Shown here piece after piece: positions 35,995 through 45,443 of a DNA stretch of 64,000 bases. Position numbers and translations under genes: made by a program. Each line of letters opens with the position of its first letter. The first letter of the stretch is position 1. The notes under the pieces are model-generated. The model was not told where the DNA came from and ran no database searches. It was given only the letters and a program-made list of their open reading frames with translations. This DNA comes from Candidatus Saccharimonadales bacterium (GTDB lineage Bacteria > Patescibacteriota > Saccharimonadia > QS-5-54-17). Location: contig JBBDUI010000002.1 in assembly GCA_040903985.1 (NCBI GenBank), positions 518,038-582,037 on the forward strand. The letters run 5' to 3'.

Positions 35995-37206
35995 ATGAGT
36001 GATAAAGCGTTTACATTTAGCCATGCAGGAGAACAGATATCTCAGACACTGAAGCGATCGAAATGGAGTCAACCCGACCGGTTTAATCTAGAGAATAAGA
36101 AGGATAAAACTCGGCTACAAGCACTAATCACTTCAGGTGATACCGTGGATATACATGATCAGGTGCAGCTCATTGCTGAGGACCTGTATGATCTAGCGCA
36201 CCCAGAACAAAAAGACAGCAAAGATCCAAATACATACGCTGACTTTATCGCGAATATTACCGCTCAAGGGATGGAGTACGGCGAGTGGTTCTTTTTCCCT
36301 TGGTCGCGGGCACTAGTTCGCTATCCGGAGCGGGAAGATCTTCGCCGTATCCGTACTTCTCGTAATCGTAATTTGATTACGAGCAGCGAACAGGAGCGAC
36401 TTTATGAGGCCACCGTAGCCGTTTTCGGCCTGAGTGTTGGCAGTAATGTAGTTGAGGCGCTGCTCTCGTCTGGTATTGGCGGCAAATTGATTATCGCGGA
36501 CATGGATACCATCGAGCCCTCAAACCTAAATCGTATTCGGGCCGATTTTACCCAGGTAGGTGTGAAAAAACTAGACTATGTGGCTAAGCGCATCAGCATG
36601 ATTGATCCTTATATCGAGCAGGTACATTTACCTGCTGGGTTAACAGCTGAAAATCTCGAAACGGTTGTTACTAATCACCGACCCGATGTCATTATCGACG
36701 AAGTCGATAACTTACCGATAAAAATTCAACTTCGTAAGGTAGCGCAAAAAGAAGGTTTGCCGATCGTTATGGCTACGGATGATGGCGATAATGCCTTGCT
36801 CGATATCGAACGTTATGATCTGGAGAGTATTGAACCTTTTAACGGCCGTATCCCAGCGGAAATCATCGACTCAGTTATAAGTGGTGAGTTTCCGCGAGAG
36901 AAACTGGGTCTAGTAATTGGGAAGTATTTTGTTGGGGTGGAGAACATCCCTCTTAGAATGTTTCAATCACTGCAAGAGGTGGGCAAGACGTTACCTAGTT
37001 GGCCCCAGCTGGGTAATGCTGCTGCTACTGGCGGTACGGCGGCAGCCTTTGCGACTCGTCAGATTATTCTAGATCGCAATTTACCGACCCAGAGGGTGAT
37101 GGTGGACTTCGATAAGCTCATGAATAGTGAGATTCATACCAAAGAGTATCGAAGAGATCTGGCTATGTATCGGGCAATGTTGGAGGATATACCGGTCGTC
37201 TCTTAG
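35995..37206 (+). CDS. E1-like ThiF/MoeB-family adenylyltransferase with ~130-aa N-terminal extension
   Basis: Rossmann nucleotide loop VAVFGLSVGSNVVEALLSSGIGGKLIIADMDTIEPSNLNRI (GxGxxG ... D.D.IE.SNLNR). It has its own TGnTATAAT-like -10 element upstream. Confidence 0.75.
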   Translation: MSDKAFTFSHAGEQISQTLKRSKWSQPDRFNLENKKDKTRLQALITSGDTVDIHDQVQLIAEDLYDLAHPEQKDSKDPNTYADFIANITAQGMEYGEWFFFPWSRALVRYPEREDLRRIRTSRNRNLITSSEQERLYEATVAVFGLSVGSNVVEALLSSGIGGKLIIADMDTIEPSNLNRIRADFTQVGVKKLDYVAKRISMIDPYIEQVHLPAGLTAENLETVVTNHRPDVIIDEVDNLPIKIQLRKVAQKEGLPIVMATDDGDNALLDIERYDLESIEPFNGRIPAEIIDSVISGEFPREKLGLVIGKYFVGVENIPLRMFQSLQEVGKTLPSWPQLGNAAATGGTAAAFATRQIILDRNLPTQRVMVDFDKLMNSEIHTKEYRRDLAMYRAMLEDIPVVS

Positions 37207-37249
37207 CCTGCCTGTGGTAGTATAGTTACAAAAAGGTAGCGTTTATATC

Positions 37250-39370
37250 ATGATACTGTCTATCGTAATTGCCGCTGTACTCGTCCAATGTCTGATTGTA
37301 GCCTTTGTATTGTCGAAAAAAGACAAGGACGGTAGTCACGTCTTGTTTGCTTGCGCGGCGTTTTCCCTGGCGGCATGGGCATTCGCTAACTACCTCTCTA
37401 CCATACTAGTCGGAGATGCCTTGCTTTATGCCATGCGCTCAGTGATGGCTTTAGTGGTAGTGCAAAATACTTTCCTGACTTTATTCTGCTACTTCTATCC
37501 GATAGCTAGAGTTAGACGAATGGGGTGGCGACTCTATATTTACCTAGCATTCTCTCTCATTACTGTTGCCTTAACATTAACTCCTCTGGTTTTTATCGAC
37601 ACGACTTTAGTGAACGGTACACCATATCCTGAGGCTGGACCGGGAATATTAATATTTTTAATCCACGCTGTAAGCTCGGTAATAATTGGTATGGCACAGC
37701 TAGTTAAGCGTCGCCGTCGTTCTGTCGGCTCGGCTCGAGCTCAATTAGCGTTTATTATCTTGGGCGTTGCTTTACTCTGGACTATCGTACCGGTTACTAA
37801 CCTAGTGGTGACCTTGGTGCTTCAAACCACCCTCTTCATCCGGTTGAGCGCAGTATATGTTTTGATTTTCTCCTCAATTATCGCCTATACCATAGTGCGT
37901 CATCGGATGTTCGATATTCGCCTCGTAGTAGCTCGTTCCGTAGCTTATTCATTAGTGATAATCACTATGGGCTTACTGTATGGCTTTGTCGTGTTTGGGG
38001 TGGCAGAACGGCTGTTTCCTTCCTCAAATGCTACCGGACTCCAGCAAGTTTTCTATACACTTGCTGCCGTATTTCTCGCTCTAACTTTCCAGCCGATTAA
38101 ACGTTTATTCGATCGGGTTTCTGATCGAATATTCTATCGTAATCGTTACAGTTCCGAAGATGTACTGAATCGTCTCGGTAAAGTCTTTGTAACCAAAGGT
38201 AATAGCTTCGAGCTGCTCGATGATACACTACAGATTATCGTTTCTGCTCTCCGGGTTGAGTCCGGTCGTTTAATAGTGGTCGATAATAATGAGATATATG
38301 CTACGGCCCATACAGGTGATGGTATCGAAGTAGAAACGACAGCAGCTACACTCTCTCGTTTTCCCCAGCAAATAAATATCCTTGATGAAGCACATAGTTC
38401 TGATGAACAGACGCTCTTGCGTAGCTTGAAGTCCTACACCGTAGTGAGGCTGACGACGCAGAATGATCTTGTCGGCTACCTCCTGTTAGGAGCTAAGCAG
38501 TCCGGCACTATTTATACTCAGCAGGACATTAATTTGCTCGAGATTCTCGCCCAGGAACTGGCCGTGGCCGTGCAGAATGCCAAGAGTTACGAGGAGATTC
38601 AGGCTTTTTCTGAAACCCTGAAGAATGAAGTGGACGAGGCGACTGCCCAGCTCCGCGAGACTAATCAGCGGCTGATAAAACTCGATGAGGCTAAGGACGA
38701 GTTTATCTCGATGGCTTCGCACCAGCTGCGGACACCACTAACTACGATTAAGGGCTATCTATCAATGCTACTGGAAGGTGATGCCGGTAAGCTGACGAAA
38801 AAGCAGACCGACTTTATCGACTTGGCTTTCGTCAGTTCGGAGAGGATGGTGCATCTAATAGCCGACATGCTGAATGTCTCGCGCATCTCCACTGGTCGCT
38901 TAACTATCGATACTATGACGTTCGATCTAGCGGAGGTAGTAAGTAGCGAGATCGATCAGCTTCGCCGTCAGGCCGAAGCTCGAGACGTTAAACTTACTCT
39001 GCATAAATCAGATAAGTCGATTATGGTCAGGCTGGATGAGACCAAGTTACGCCAGGTTATTATGAACTTTACCGATAATGCCATCTATTACGCTCCGGAA
39101 GGGCAGGTTGATATCTACATCGAGCAGCACGACCAGACAGTTGAGTTCCGGGTTAAGGATAACGGCATCGGTGTCTCCGTTGAGGCGCAGAAGCGGCTAT
39201 TTTCGAAGTTTTTCCGAGCCGAAAATGCCCAACACGTCCGTCCCGACGGGACCGGACTGGGCCTCTATATGGCCAAGCAGGTTATTGAAGCTCAGGATGG
39301 GGAGCTGATCTTTGAAAGCACGGAGGGCAAGGGCTCGACCTTCGGCTTTCGCTTTAAGCTAAAAGATTAG
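37250..39370 (+). CDS. sensor histidine kinase with polytopic N-terminal membrane domain
   Basis: About 7 TM helices. H-box SMASHQLRTPLTTIKGY. HATPase N/G boxes (DNGIGV, GTGLGLYMAKQVIEAQDGEL). Confidence 0.85.
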   Translation: MILSIVIAAVLVQCLIVAFVLSKKDKDGSHVLFACAAFSLAAWAFANYLSTILVGDALLYAMRSVMALVVVQNTFLTLFCYFYPIARVRRMGWRLYIYLAFSLITVALTLTPLVFIDTTLVNGTPYPEAGPGILIFLIHAVSSVIIGMAQLVKRRRRSVGSARAQLAFIILGVALLWTIVPVTNLVVTLVLQTTLFIRLSAVYVLIFSSIIAYTIVRHRMFDIRLVVARSVAYSLVIITMGLLYGFVVFGVAERLFPSSNATGLQQVFYTLAAVFLALTFQPIKRLFDRVSDRIFYRNRYSSEDVLNRLGKVFVTKGNSFELLDDTLQIIVSALRVESGRLIVVDNNEIYATAHTGDGIEVETTAATLSRFPQQINILDEAHSSDEQTLLRSLKSYTVVRLTTQNDLVGYLLLGAKQSGTIYTQQDINLLEILAQELAVAVQNAKSYEEIQAFSETLKNEVDEATAQLRETNQRLIKLDEAKDEFISMASHQLRTPLTTIKGYLSMLLEGDAGKLTKKQTDFIDLAFVSSERMVHLIADMLNVSRISTGRLTIDTMTFDLAEVVSSEIDQLRRQAEARDVKLTLHKSDKSIMVRLDETKLRQVIMNFTDNAIYYAPEGQVDIYIEQHDQTVEFRVKDNGIGVSVEAQKRLFSKFFRAENAQHVRPDGTGLGLYMAKQVIEAQDGELIFESTEGKGSTFGFRFKLKD

Positions 39371-39559
39371 CATACCTATTACGGTGGCGATTGCAGCCGC
39401 AATCGTGGCTGCAATACCGCGAATTTTCAGCTTGCGACGAGAGTCTTTTCTATCCTCGTCTTCAGCGCTGTAGCGGTGAACCGTGACGGGCTGGCTATTC
39501 TGAGGCCGTGATTTGCTACGTTTCTTACGAGTTTTTGTCATAACTATATTGTACAGCAC
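39359..39559 (-). CDS. possible small tail-anchored basic protein, divergent from umuDC
   Basis: 66-aa ORF with Lys/Arg-rich N-terminus and hydrophobic C-terminus; weak evidence. Confidence 0.2.
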   Translation of the reverse strand: MLYNIVMTKTRKKRSKSRPQNSQPVTVHRYSAEDEDRKDSRRKLKIRGIAATIAAAIATVIGMLIF

Positions 39560-39573
39560 AGTGGCAGTGTGCT
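39555..39573. promoter_or_regulatory. inverted repeat AGCACA-N7-TGTGCT upstream of umuDC, candidate SOS (LexA-type) operator
   Basis: Perfect 6-bp arms, 32 bp upstream of the umuD start, between divergent genes. Confidence 0.3.
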
Positions 39574-39604
39574 AAATTTAAAATACCAAACAAAGAGCGA
39601 ACAT

Positions 39605-39916
39605 ATGAGCCATCTACCTTTTATGCCCAGTAGCGAAGACGGACTAGCCGAAGTCGCCGAGTCGGTAGCGGACTGGAAGTATCCACTGGATCTGAACCGG
39701 GCGCTATTGCCGCGGCCAGCTAGTACCTTCTTATTGCAGGCCGACAGCAACCGCTACGGTGTGCGCGCTGGAGATACGCTGGTTGTCGACCGGAGCTTGA
39801 TGCCGGCTAAAGGTGACTTAGTGATCGCTATTGAGGAGAGCGAGTTACGGTTGACGAAGTTTCCGGCGGTAGAAGTATGGGGTGTGGTTACTTATATTAT
39901 CCGAGGTTTGCGATGA
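39605..39916 (+). CDS. umuD: UmuD-like S24 peptidase (translesion polymerase V accessory subunit)
   Basis: Aligns to the UmuD C-terminal domain with the Ser/Lys dyad (ADSNRYGVRAGDTLVVD...RLTKF). Overlaps umuC by 4 nt. Confidence 0.7.
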   Translation: MSHLPFMPSSEDGLAEVAESVADWKYPLDLNRALLPRPASTFLLQADSNRYGVRAGDTLVVDRSLMPAKGDLVIAIEESELRLTKFPAVEVWGVVTYIIRGLR

Positions 39917-41142
39917 TAGCTTTGGTTGACTGTAATAACTTTTTCGTGAGTTGTGAGCGAGTCTTCGATCCTGGTCTAGTGTCTCGTCCGGTAGCGGTGC
40001 TATCCAGTAACGATGGCTGTATCGTAGCTCGATCGAACGAGGTGAAGGATCTCGGGGTGACTATGGGCGCACCGGCTTTTAAGTACAAGGAGCTGCTGGT
40101 TCGACACCGGGTGGTACTAAAGTCGTCCAACTTCGCGCTTTATAGCGATATGTCACGCCGGGTGATGGCTACTCTGCGTGAGTACACGCCAGAAGTAGAG
40201 ATATACTCGGTCGACGAGGCCTTTTTGCCTTTAGCGGGTGAGCAGGGTTATTTAGAGTGGGCTCAGGAGCTGAGAGACAAGGTAGGGCGCGATACTGGTA
40301 TCCCGGTCAGTGTCGGAGTAGCTAGCACCCGAACACTGGCTAAGGCGGCGGCTACTTTATCAAAACGTCGGAGTGGGGTATTAAGTTTCGCTGATTTGTC
40401 CGAGTCGGAGGTGGATGACTATTTGCGCGACCTACCGGTCGGGGATGTCTGGGGCATCGGACGCAAACTCAATCGGACGCTGCAGGCTTATCAGGTCCGT
40501 ACGGCCTACGGCTTGCGCGAGCTACCAGAAGGTGTTCTAAGCCAGCTCAGTGTATCCGTGCGCCGCACAGTTCAAGAGTTACGTGGGGAGGCAGCAGCGG
40601 CTCATAAAGCCGCTCGACCTAAGAGTATGGTTAGCACCCGCTCCTTCAGTAGTCCGATTGTGGAGTTAGCGGAGGTACGAGAAGCGCTCAGCTCCCATGC
40701 CGCTACACTGGCAGCTAAACTGCGCCGTGAGGACATGACCACCCGTACGTTATCTGCCTTCATCGCTACCGGTGCGTATGAGGGCTACCGGAAAGCTAGT
40801 TTAAATCTAGCCATCCCGACAAGTAGCACAAGTGAGCTAGTCCGCGCGGCTGGTGAGTTGGCCGAGCAGGTTTATCGCTCGGGTTTGCGTTATAAGAAGG
40901 CTGGTGTGATGGCGTATGAGTTGGTACCGATAGAAGCGCGGCAGCTAGCTCTAGACAGTGCGTTAGATGAGATCAAGGCGGGGGAGAAAATAGATAGCGC
41001 TCTAGATACTATCAACCGACGTTGGGGTCCACATGCCTTACAAGTAGCGGCCGAGGGTTGGAATCAAAGCTGGCAGCCCAGACACGCTCTACGTTCACCA
41101 CGCTACACCACGGAGTGGGATGAGCTGAAGTTAGTAGGTTAG
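39913..41142 (+). CDS. umuC: Y-family DNA polymerase UmuC (Pol V catalytic subunit)
   Basis: N-terminus MIALVDCNNFFVSCERVFDP and motif SVDEAFL typical of UmuC/DinB. Confidence 0.85.
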   Translation: MIALVDCNNFFVSCERVFDPGLVSRPVAVLSSNDGCIVARSNEVKDLGVTMGAPAFKYKELLVRHRVVLKSSNFALYSDMSRRVMATLREYTPEVEIYSVDEAFLPLAGEQGYLEWAQELRDKVGRDTGIPVSVGVASTRTLAKAAATLSKRRSGVLSFADLSESEVDDYLRDLPVGDVWGIGRKLNRTLQAYQVRTAYGLRELPEGVLSQLSVSVRRTVQELRGEAAAAHKAARPKSMVSTRSFSSPIVELAEVREALSSHAATLAAKLRREDMTTRTLSAFIATGAYEGYRKASLNLAIPTSSTSELVRAAGELAEQVYRSGLRYKKAGVMAYELVPIEARQLALDSALDEIKAGEKIDSALDTINRRWGPHALQVAAEGWNQSWQPRHALRSPRYTTEWDELKLVG

Positions 41143-41218
41143 TCAAACTGTTGCCCAATCGGTAAATATTTGTACAATGTATGAGTAGTGTTGGAGCGAG
41201 CTCAAATGAAGGCCCCGT

Positions 41219-41296
41219 CGTCTAGCCCGGTCTAGGACGCCAGGTTTTCATCCTGGTAACGCGGGTTCAAATCCCGCCGGGGTCACCATTTGAGTT
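41219..41296 (+). tRNA. tRNA-Glu (anticodon TTC)
   Basis: Glu-type D-arm gtctagcccggtctaggac, anticodon loop ttTTCat, and an encoded CCA. Confidence 0.85.
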
Positions 41297-41354
41297 TATA
41301 CACCGTAAGCTGAGGCTTACACTGGGGCGGATAGCTTGCTACACTAGGTAAGAA

Positions 41355-42758
41355 ATGGCAGTAAAATTCAAACGCACCAAAATCATCGCTAGTTTCGGTC
41401 CGTCTTCTGATGAGCCAGAGATTGTTAAGCGGCTCCTTAAGGCCGGAGTCAACGGCGTTCGACTTAACTTTTCACATGGTACTCACGAAAGTCATGGTCA
41501 ACACATTAAGCGGGCCCGTGATGCAGCTAAAGAGATAGGTAAGCCGATCGCTATCATTGCTGATCTGCAGGGACCGAAGATACGTATCGGAGAACTACCT
41601 AGCGGCGGCATCGATCTAGAGGTTGGCGATGAGGTGGCGTTTGCTCATCAAGCAGACTATGGCGCCAGTGGCATCATTCCTGTCCAGTACGATTTAAGCA
41701 GCAAGGTAAAGCCGGGCGAGATCATCTTTCTCTTCGACGGGAATCTTCAGGTCGAAGTAACAGCCGTGAAAAAAGAGGTTATCCACACTAAGGTTTTAGC
41801 TGGTGGCCACTTAACTTCGCGTAAAGGCATTAATCTACCTGATACTGATCTCGGTGGCGATATCCTAACTACTAAAGATTACGCCGATATCGCCTTTGCG
41901 GTCGAGAACGATATCGACTATATCGCTATGTCGTTTGTGCAGCGCGCTAGTGATATCGAAGGTTTACGCGATCACCTGAAGCAACTTAAAAGTGATATTA
42001 AGATAATTGCTAAGGTTGAGACTAAGGCGGCGGTCGAGAATATCGAGTCAATCGTAGCGGTTAGTGACGGCGTGATGGTAGCTCGGGGGGATCTGGCTAT
42101 CGAGGTCGGTCCAGAGGTAGTCCCAATCGTTCAACGTCAGATCATCGGTCTAGCCCAACAGTACGGAGTGATAGCGATCGTAGCTACTCAAATGCTAGCC
42201 AGTATGACTTCTTCCCCGCAACCGACTCGAGCTGAAGTATCCGATATTGCTACAGCTGTCATCTGTGGCGCAGATTGTTTGATGTTGAGCGACGAGACAG
42301 CTGCCGGTGATTTCCCGGTCGAGGCAGTTCGGTTAATGAAGCGAGTTAGCCTCTATGCTGAGGATAACTCACCGGTTGAGCCGCTCTATATAAATATGGA
42401 GGACCATACCCGCGGTAGCGCTATAGCTTCGGCCGCTATCACCCTAGCTCACCAGGTTCAGGCCAAAGCAATCATTGCTGAGACCGCTACCGGTCGGACG
42501 GCCTTAAACATTGCCGCCCACCGTCCGCAAATGCCGATCATCATGGCTACTAACAACCGTCGGGTAGCCCAGCAGTTAGCTATCGTTTACGGTGGCAAGT
42601 CGTACTTCTTTAAGAGTCCTCGTAATGCCGGCGAGAGAGCCATCGAACATTTCAAGCAGCATGGTTACTTCGTCCCAGGCGACGTAGCTGTATTAACGTA
42701 TGGTGAACATCCCGGTGTAACTGGCGGGACAGACACTATTAAGGTGCGGCAGTTATAA
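41355..42758 (+). CDS. pyk: pyruvate kinase
   Basis: TKIIASFGP, NFSHG and MVARGDLAIE motifs. Confidence 0.9.
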   Translation: MAVKFKRTKIIASFGPSSDEPEIVKRLLKAGVNGVRLNFSHGTHESHGQHIKRARDAAKEIGKPIAIIADLQGPKIRIGELPSGGIDLEVGDEVAFAHQADYGASGIIPVQYDLSSKVKPGEIIFLFDGNLQVEVTAVKKEVIHTKVLAGGHLTSRKGINLPDTDLGGDILTTKDYADIAFAVENDIDYIAMSFVQRASDIEGLRDHLKQLKSDIKIIAKVETKAAVENIESIVAVSDGVMVARGDLAIEVGPEVVPIVQRQIIGLAQQYGVIAIVATQMLASMTSSPQPTRAEVSDIATAVICGADCLMLSDETAAGDFPVEAVRLMKRVSLYAEDNSPVEPLYINMEDHTRGSAIASAAITLAHQVQAKAIIAETATGRTALNIAAHRPQMPIIMATNNRRVAQQLAIVYGGKSYFFKSPRNAGERAIEHFKQHGYFVPGDVAVLTYGEHPGVTGGTDTIKVRQL

Positions 42759-43981
42759 TGAGAACCTTGCACGACATCGACCTCCAGGGCAAGACTGTTC
42801 TGCTACGGGCCGACTACAACGTGCCGCTCGAGAACGGTAAAATTACCGACGACTATCGTGTGCTGCAGTCATTACCGACCATAGAGTATTTACTTAAGCA
42901 GCAGTGCCGGATAGTTATCCTTAGCCACTTAGGGCGTCCCGAAGGACAGCGAAATGATAAATACTCTTTGCGACCTGTGGCGATTCATTTGGCACAATTA
43001 CTTAAGCGAGCGGTGGTTTTAGCTGATTCTCCTGCGGACGTCGATACCGCGGCCAACCAAGTGACTTTACTGGAAAACTTACGCTTTTGGCCAGGAGAAG
43101 AGGCTAATGATGTCGGATTTGCACAGGAGCTGGCCGAACTGGGTGAAGTGTTCGTGCAGGATGGTTTTGGCGTGGTGCACCGGGCTCATGCCTCAACGGC
43201 TGCGATTGCACAGTATTTACCTAGTGTGGCTGGGCTACTGCTAGATAAAGAAGTAGCCTTCATCACCGATGCGATGGAAAGTCCTAAGCGCCCCTTAGTG
43301 GTGATATTTGGCGGAGCAAAAATCTCAGATAAGATTCAGGTTATCGAACGTTTTATCGATCGTGCCGATTCGATTTTAATTGGCGGTGCGATGGCAAACA
43401 CCTTCCTAGCTTATGCTGGTTTACCGATAGGTAAGAGCATCTACGAGCCTGGACAGGAGGAGATGATTGAGGGGTTATTACATAAGGTGCTCGAGAAAGA
43501 GGAGACCGACTGTAGTGCTTGTCGAGACCTTACGGACCATAACGAGTTACTGGCGGCTCAACACACCATCGATATACCGACCGATGTCGCGGTTGCTCCG
43601 GCTATCGAGGAATCGGCTCGCCGCAGGATCGTAACTACTGATGCGGTAGGGGAGGATGAGTATATCCTCGATCTCGGCCCAGAAACGATCCGTCATTATC
43701 AGGAAATATTAGCTGCGGCCGGTACGGTCGTCTGGAATGGTCCGGTCGGTTATACCGAGTTGAGTCAGTTCAGGGAGGGGTCAAATCTGTTAGCGACTAC
43801 TTTAAAGGAGCACAAAGATTACTTGCAGAGCATCATCGGGGGAGGCGACACGGCTGGTTTCGTCCTCAGCTGGGACGTTGATGCAGGCGGTAGCTTTAGT
43901 CATGTCTCAACCGGAGGTGGGGCAGCGCTAGATCTTATGGCCGGCAAGGAACTACCCGGTATCGCTGCTTTATCCGACTGA
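42758..43981 (+). CDS. pgk: phosphoglycerate kinase
   Basis: RADYNVP N-terminus and the GGGDTAG hinge region. The ATG overlaps the pyk stop by 1 nt. Confidence 0.95.
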   Translation: MRTLHDIDLQGKTVLLRADYNVPLENGKITDDYRVLQSLPTIEYLLKQQCRIVILSHLGRPEGQRNDKYSLRPVAIHLAQLLKRAVVLADSPADVDTAANQVTLLENLRFWPGEEANDVGFAQELAELGEVFVQDGFGVVHRAHASTAAIAQYLPSVAGLLLDKEVAFITDAMESPKRPLVVIFGGAKISDKIQVIERFIDRADSILIGGAMANTFLAYAGLPIGKSIYEPGQEEMIEGLLHKVLEKEETDCSACRDLTDHNELLAAQHTIDIPTDVAVAPAIEESARRRIVTTDAVGEDEYILDLGPETIRHYQEILAAAGTVVWNGPVGYTELSQFREGSNLLATTLKEHKDYLQSIIGGGDTAGFVLSWDVDAGGSFSHVSTGGGAALDLMAGKELPGIAALSD

Positions 43982-44041
43982 TATTTCGATCTGTTTCGTT
44001 TGCTCTCCTGGGCACGGCGCAGTACACTAAGGTTAAGCACT

Positions 44042-44800
44042 ATGAGTAAGACGTTAATTGCTGGGAACTGGAAGATGCATCTCACCGCTGAGCAATCGCG
44101 GGGCTTAGCTGAACGGGTCGAGAAAACTGCTGTTAAGTATTCTAAGGCGGTAGATGTAGTAGTCTGTCCTACCCACGTCTGCCTTCCCGCTGTTGCCGCA
44201 GTAACTAAGAAGCTCTCGGTCGGGGCACAGAACATCTACTTCGCTGATGAAGGAGCATTTACTGGGGAAGTATCGGCCAACCAAGTTAAAGAGTTCGTTC
44301 GCTATGTTATCGTTGGCCATTCGGAACGACGTCACGTTTTTGGTGAGCTGAATGAGATGGTAGCTCGAAAAGCGGCCGCCTGTCTGCGTCATAACTTAAC
44401 TCCGATTATCTGTGTCGGCGAGATTGGCTACGAGCGAGATCACGGTGAGACGGTGCAGGTCTTAAACGACCAGATTGCTACCGGCTTAACCATGCTGACA
44501 GCAGCAGAAATCGAGCAGATAGTTATCGCATATGAGCCGGTCTGGGCGATTGGTACCGGTGAGAATGCTAAGCCGGAGGATGTAGCAGCTGCTGCCCGAA
44601 CTATTAATCAGGCTATCCAGGAGATGTTCGGGGCCGCAGCCGCCAGTAAGTGCCGTATACTCTATGGCGGTAGTGTGACCGCCGCCACCGCCGCCAGCTA
44701 CTTGGCACTAGAAGAGATTAGTGGTCTTTTAGTCGGCGGAGCTAGTTTAAATGAACATGAATTTAATGACATAGTGGAGCAAGCCAGCCATGACAAATAA
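44042..44800 (+). CDS. tpiA: triosephosphate isomerase
   Basis: AGNWKMH, VGHSERR and AYEPVWAIGTG motifs. Internal ATG chosen over the ORF-track start at 44000. Confidence 0.9.
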   Translation: MSKTLIAGNWKMHLTAEQSRGLAERVEKTAVKYSKAVDVVVCPTHVCLPAVAAVTKKLSVGAQNIYFADEGAFTGEVSANQVKEFVRYVIVGHSERRHVFGELNEMVARKAAACLRHNLTPIICVGEIGYERDHGETVQVLNDQIATGLTMLTAAEIEQIVIAYEPVWAIGTGENAKPEDVAAAARTINQAIQEMFGAAAASKCRILYGGSVTAATAASYLALEEISGLLVGGASLNEHEFNDIVEQASHDK

Positions 44801-45422
44801 AGCTAACAAAGTTAATATCTCGATTGGTGGTTCGTCTTCGACCACTGCCGCCGCAAATACGCCGCAAATCAGTAGTTTCCGTAAGCAGTCATCAGTAACG
44901 CCACCTCCCCCTTCTGATAAAGCTAAATCGGTCACCACTCCCGCCCGTGCCGCCAGCACAGCTAAGAAGGTCAGCCCACCGCATCCCATCCTGCATCATC
45001 CCGACGCGAAAGATCTAGACGGCGGCTTCACCGCTGACATGTATAAGCCGGGTCAGAAGATCGATCCGACTAGTGCCAAGCAGGCCGTGCCAAAGCAGGC
45101 TAGGACTTTAGATGGAACTGTTTTCTCTAAACCTACTGCCGCCGCTCCTAATGCAGCCGAGACCGACTCCCTCTATGACTCCGACGAAGACTTCTACACG
45201 AGTAAGCTCGATCCGAAGCGGCGACACCAGACGCCTAGCTTAGAGAAAACAATTGATAGCGCCCGAGTCAATCCATTCACATTGGTACGTTTCTGGGTTA
45301 TTTTGGCTATATTCTTACTGACAGCTACGACCGGCCTAGTGATGCTATACCAGCTGGAACAGGTTAACGCCGGTTCAGGCATCATCTTCGAATGGACTGC
45401 TTGGTTCCAGCGGATTTTATAA
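44790..45422 (+). CDS. hypothetical low-complexity (Pro/Ala/Thr/Ser-rich) protein with C-terminal TM anchor
   Basis: ORF with a C-terminal hydrophobic helix. It is not SecG-like despite its position after tpiA. Confidence 0.4.
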   Translation: MTNKANKVNISIGGSSSTTAAANTPQISSFRKQSSVTPPPPSDKAKSVTTPARAASTAKKVSPPHPILHHPDAKDLDGGFTADMYKPGQKIDPTSAKQAVPKQARTLDGTVFSKPTAAAPNAAETDSLYDSDEDFYTSKLDPKRRHQTPSLEKTIDSARVNPFTLVRFWVILAIFLLTATTGLVMLYQLEQVNAGSGIIFEWTAWFQRIL

Positions 45423-45443
45423 GTGGTATAAGGCGGGACATTA

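Noticed and set aside
44790-45422. SecG downstream of tpiA
   Set aside because: The protein is 210 aa and Pro/Ala/Thr-rich with a single C-terminal TM. It lacks the N-terminal TM pair and Gly-rich loop of SecG.
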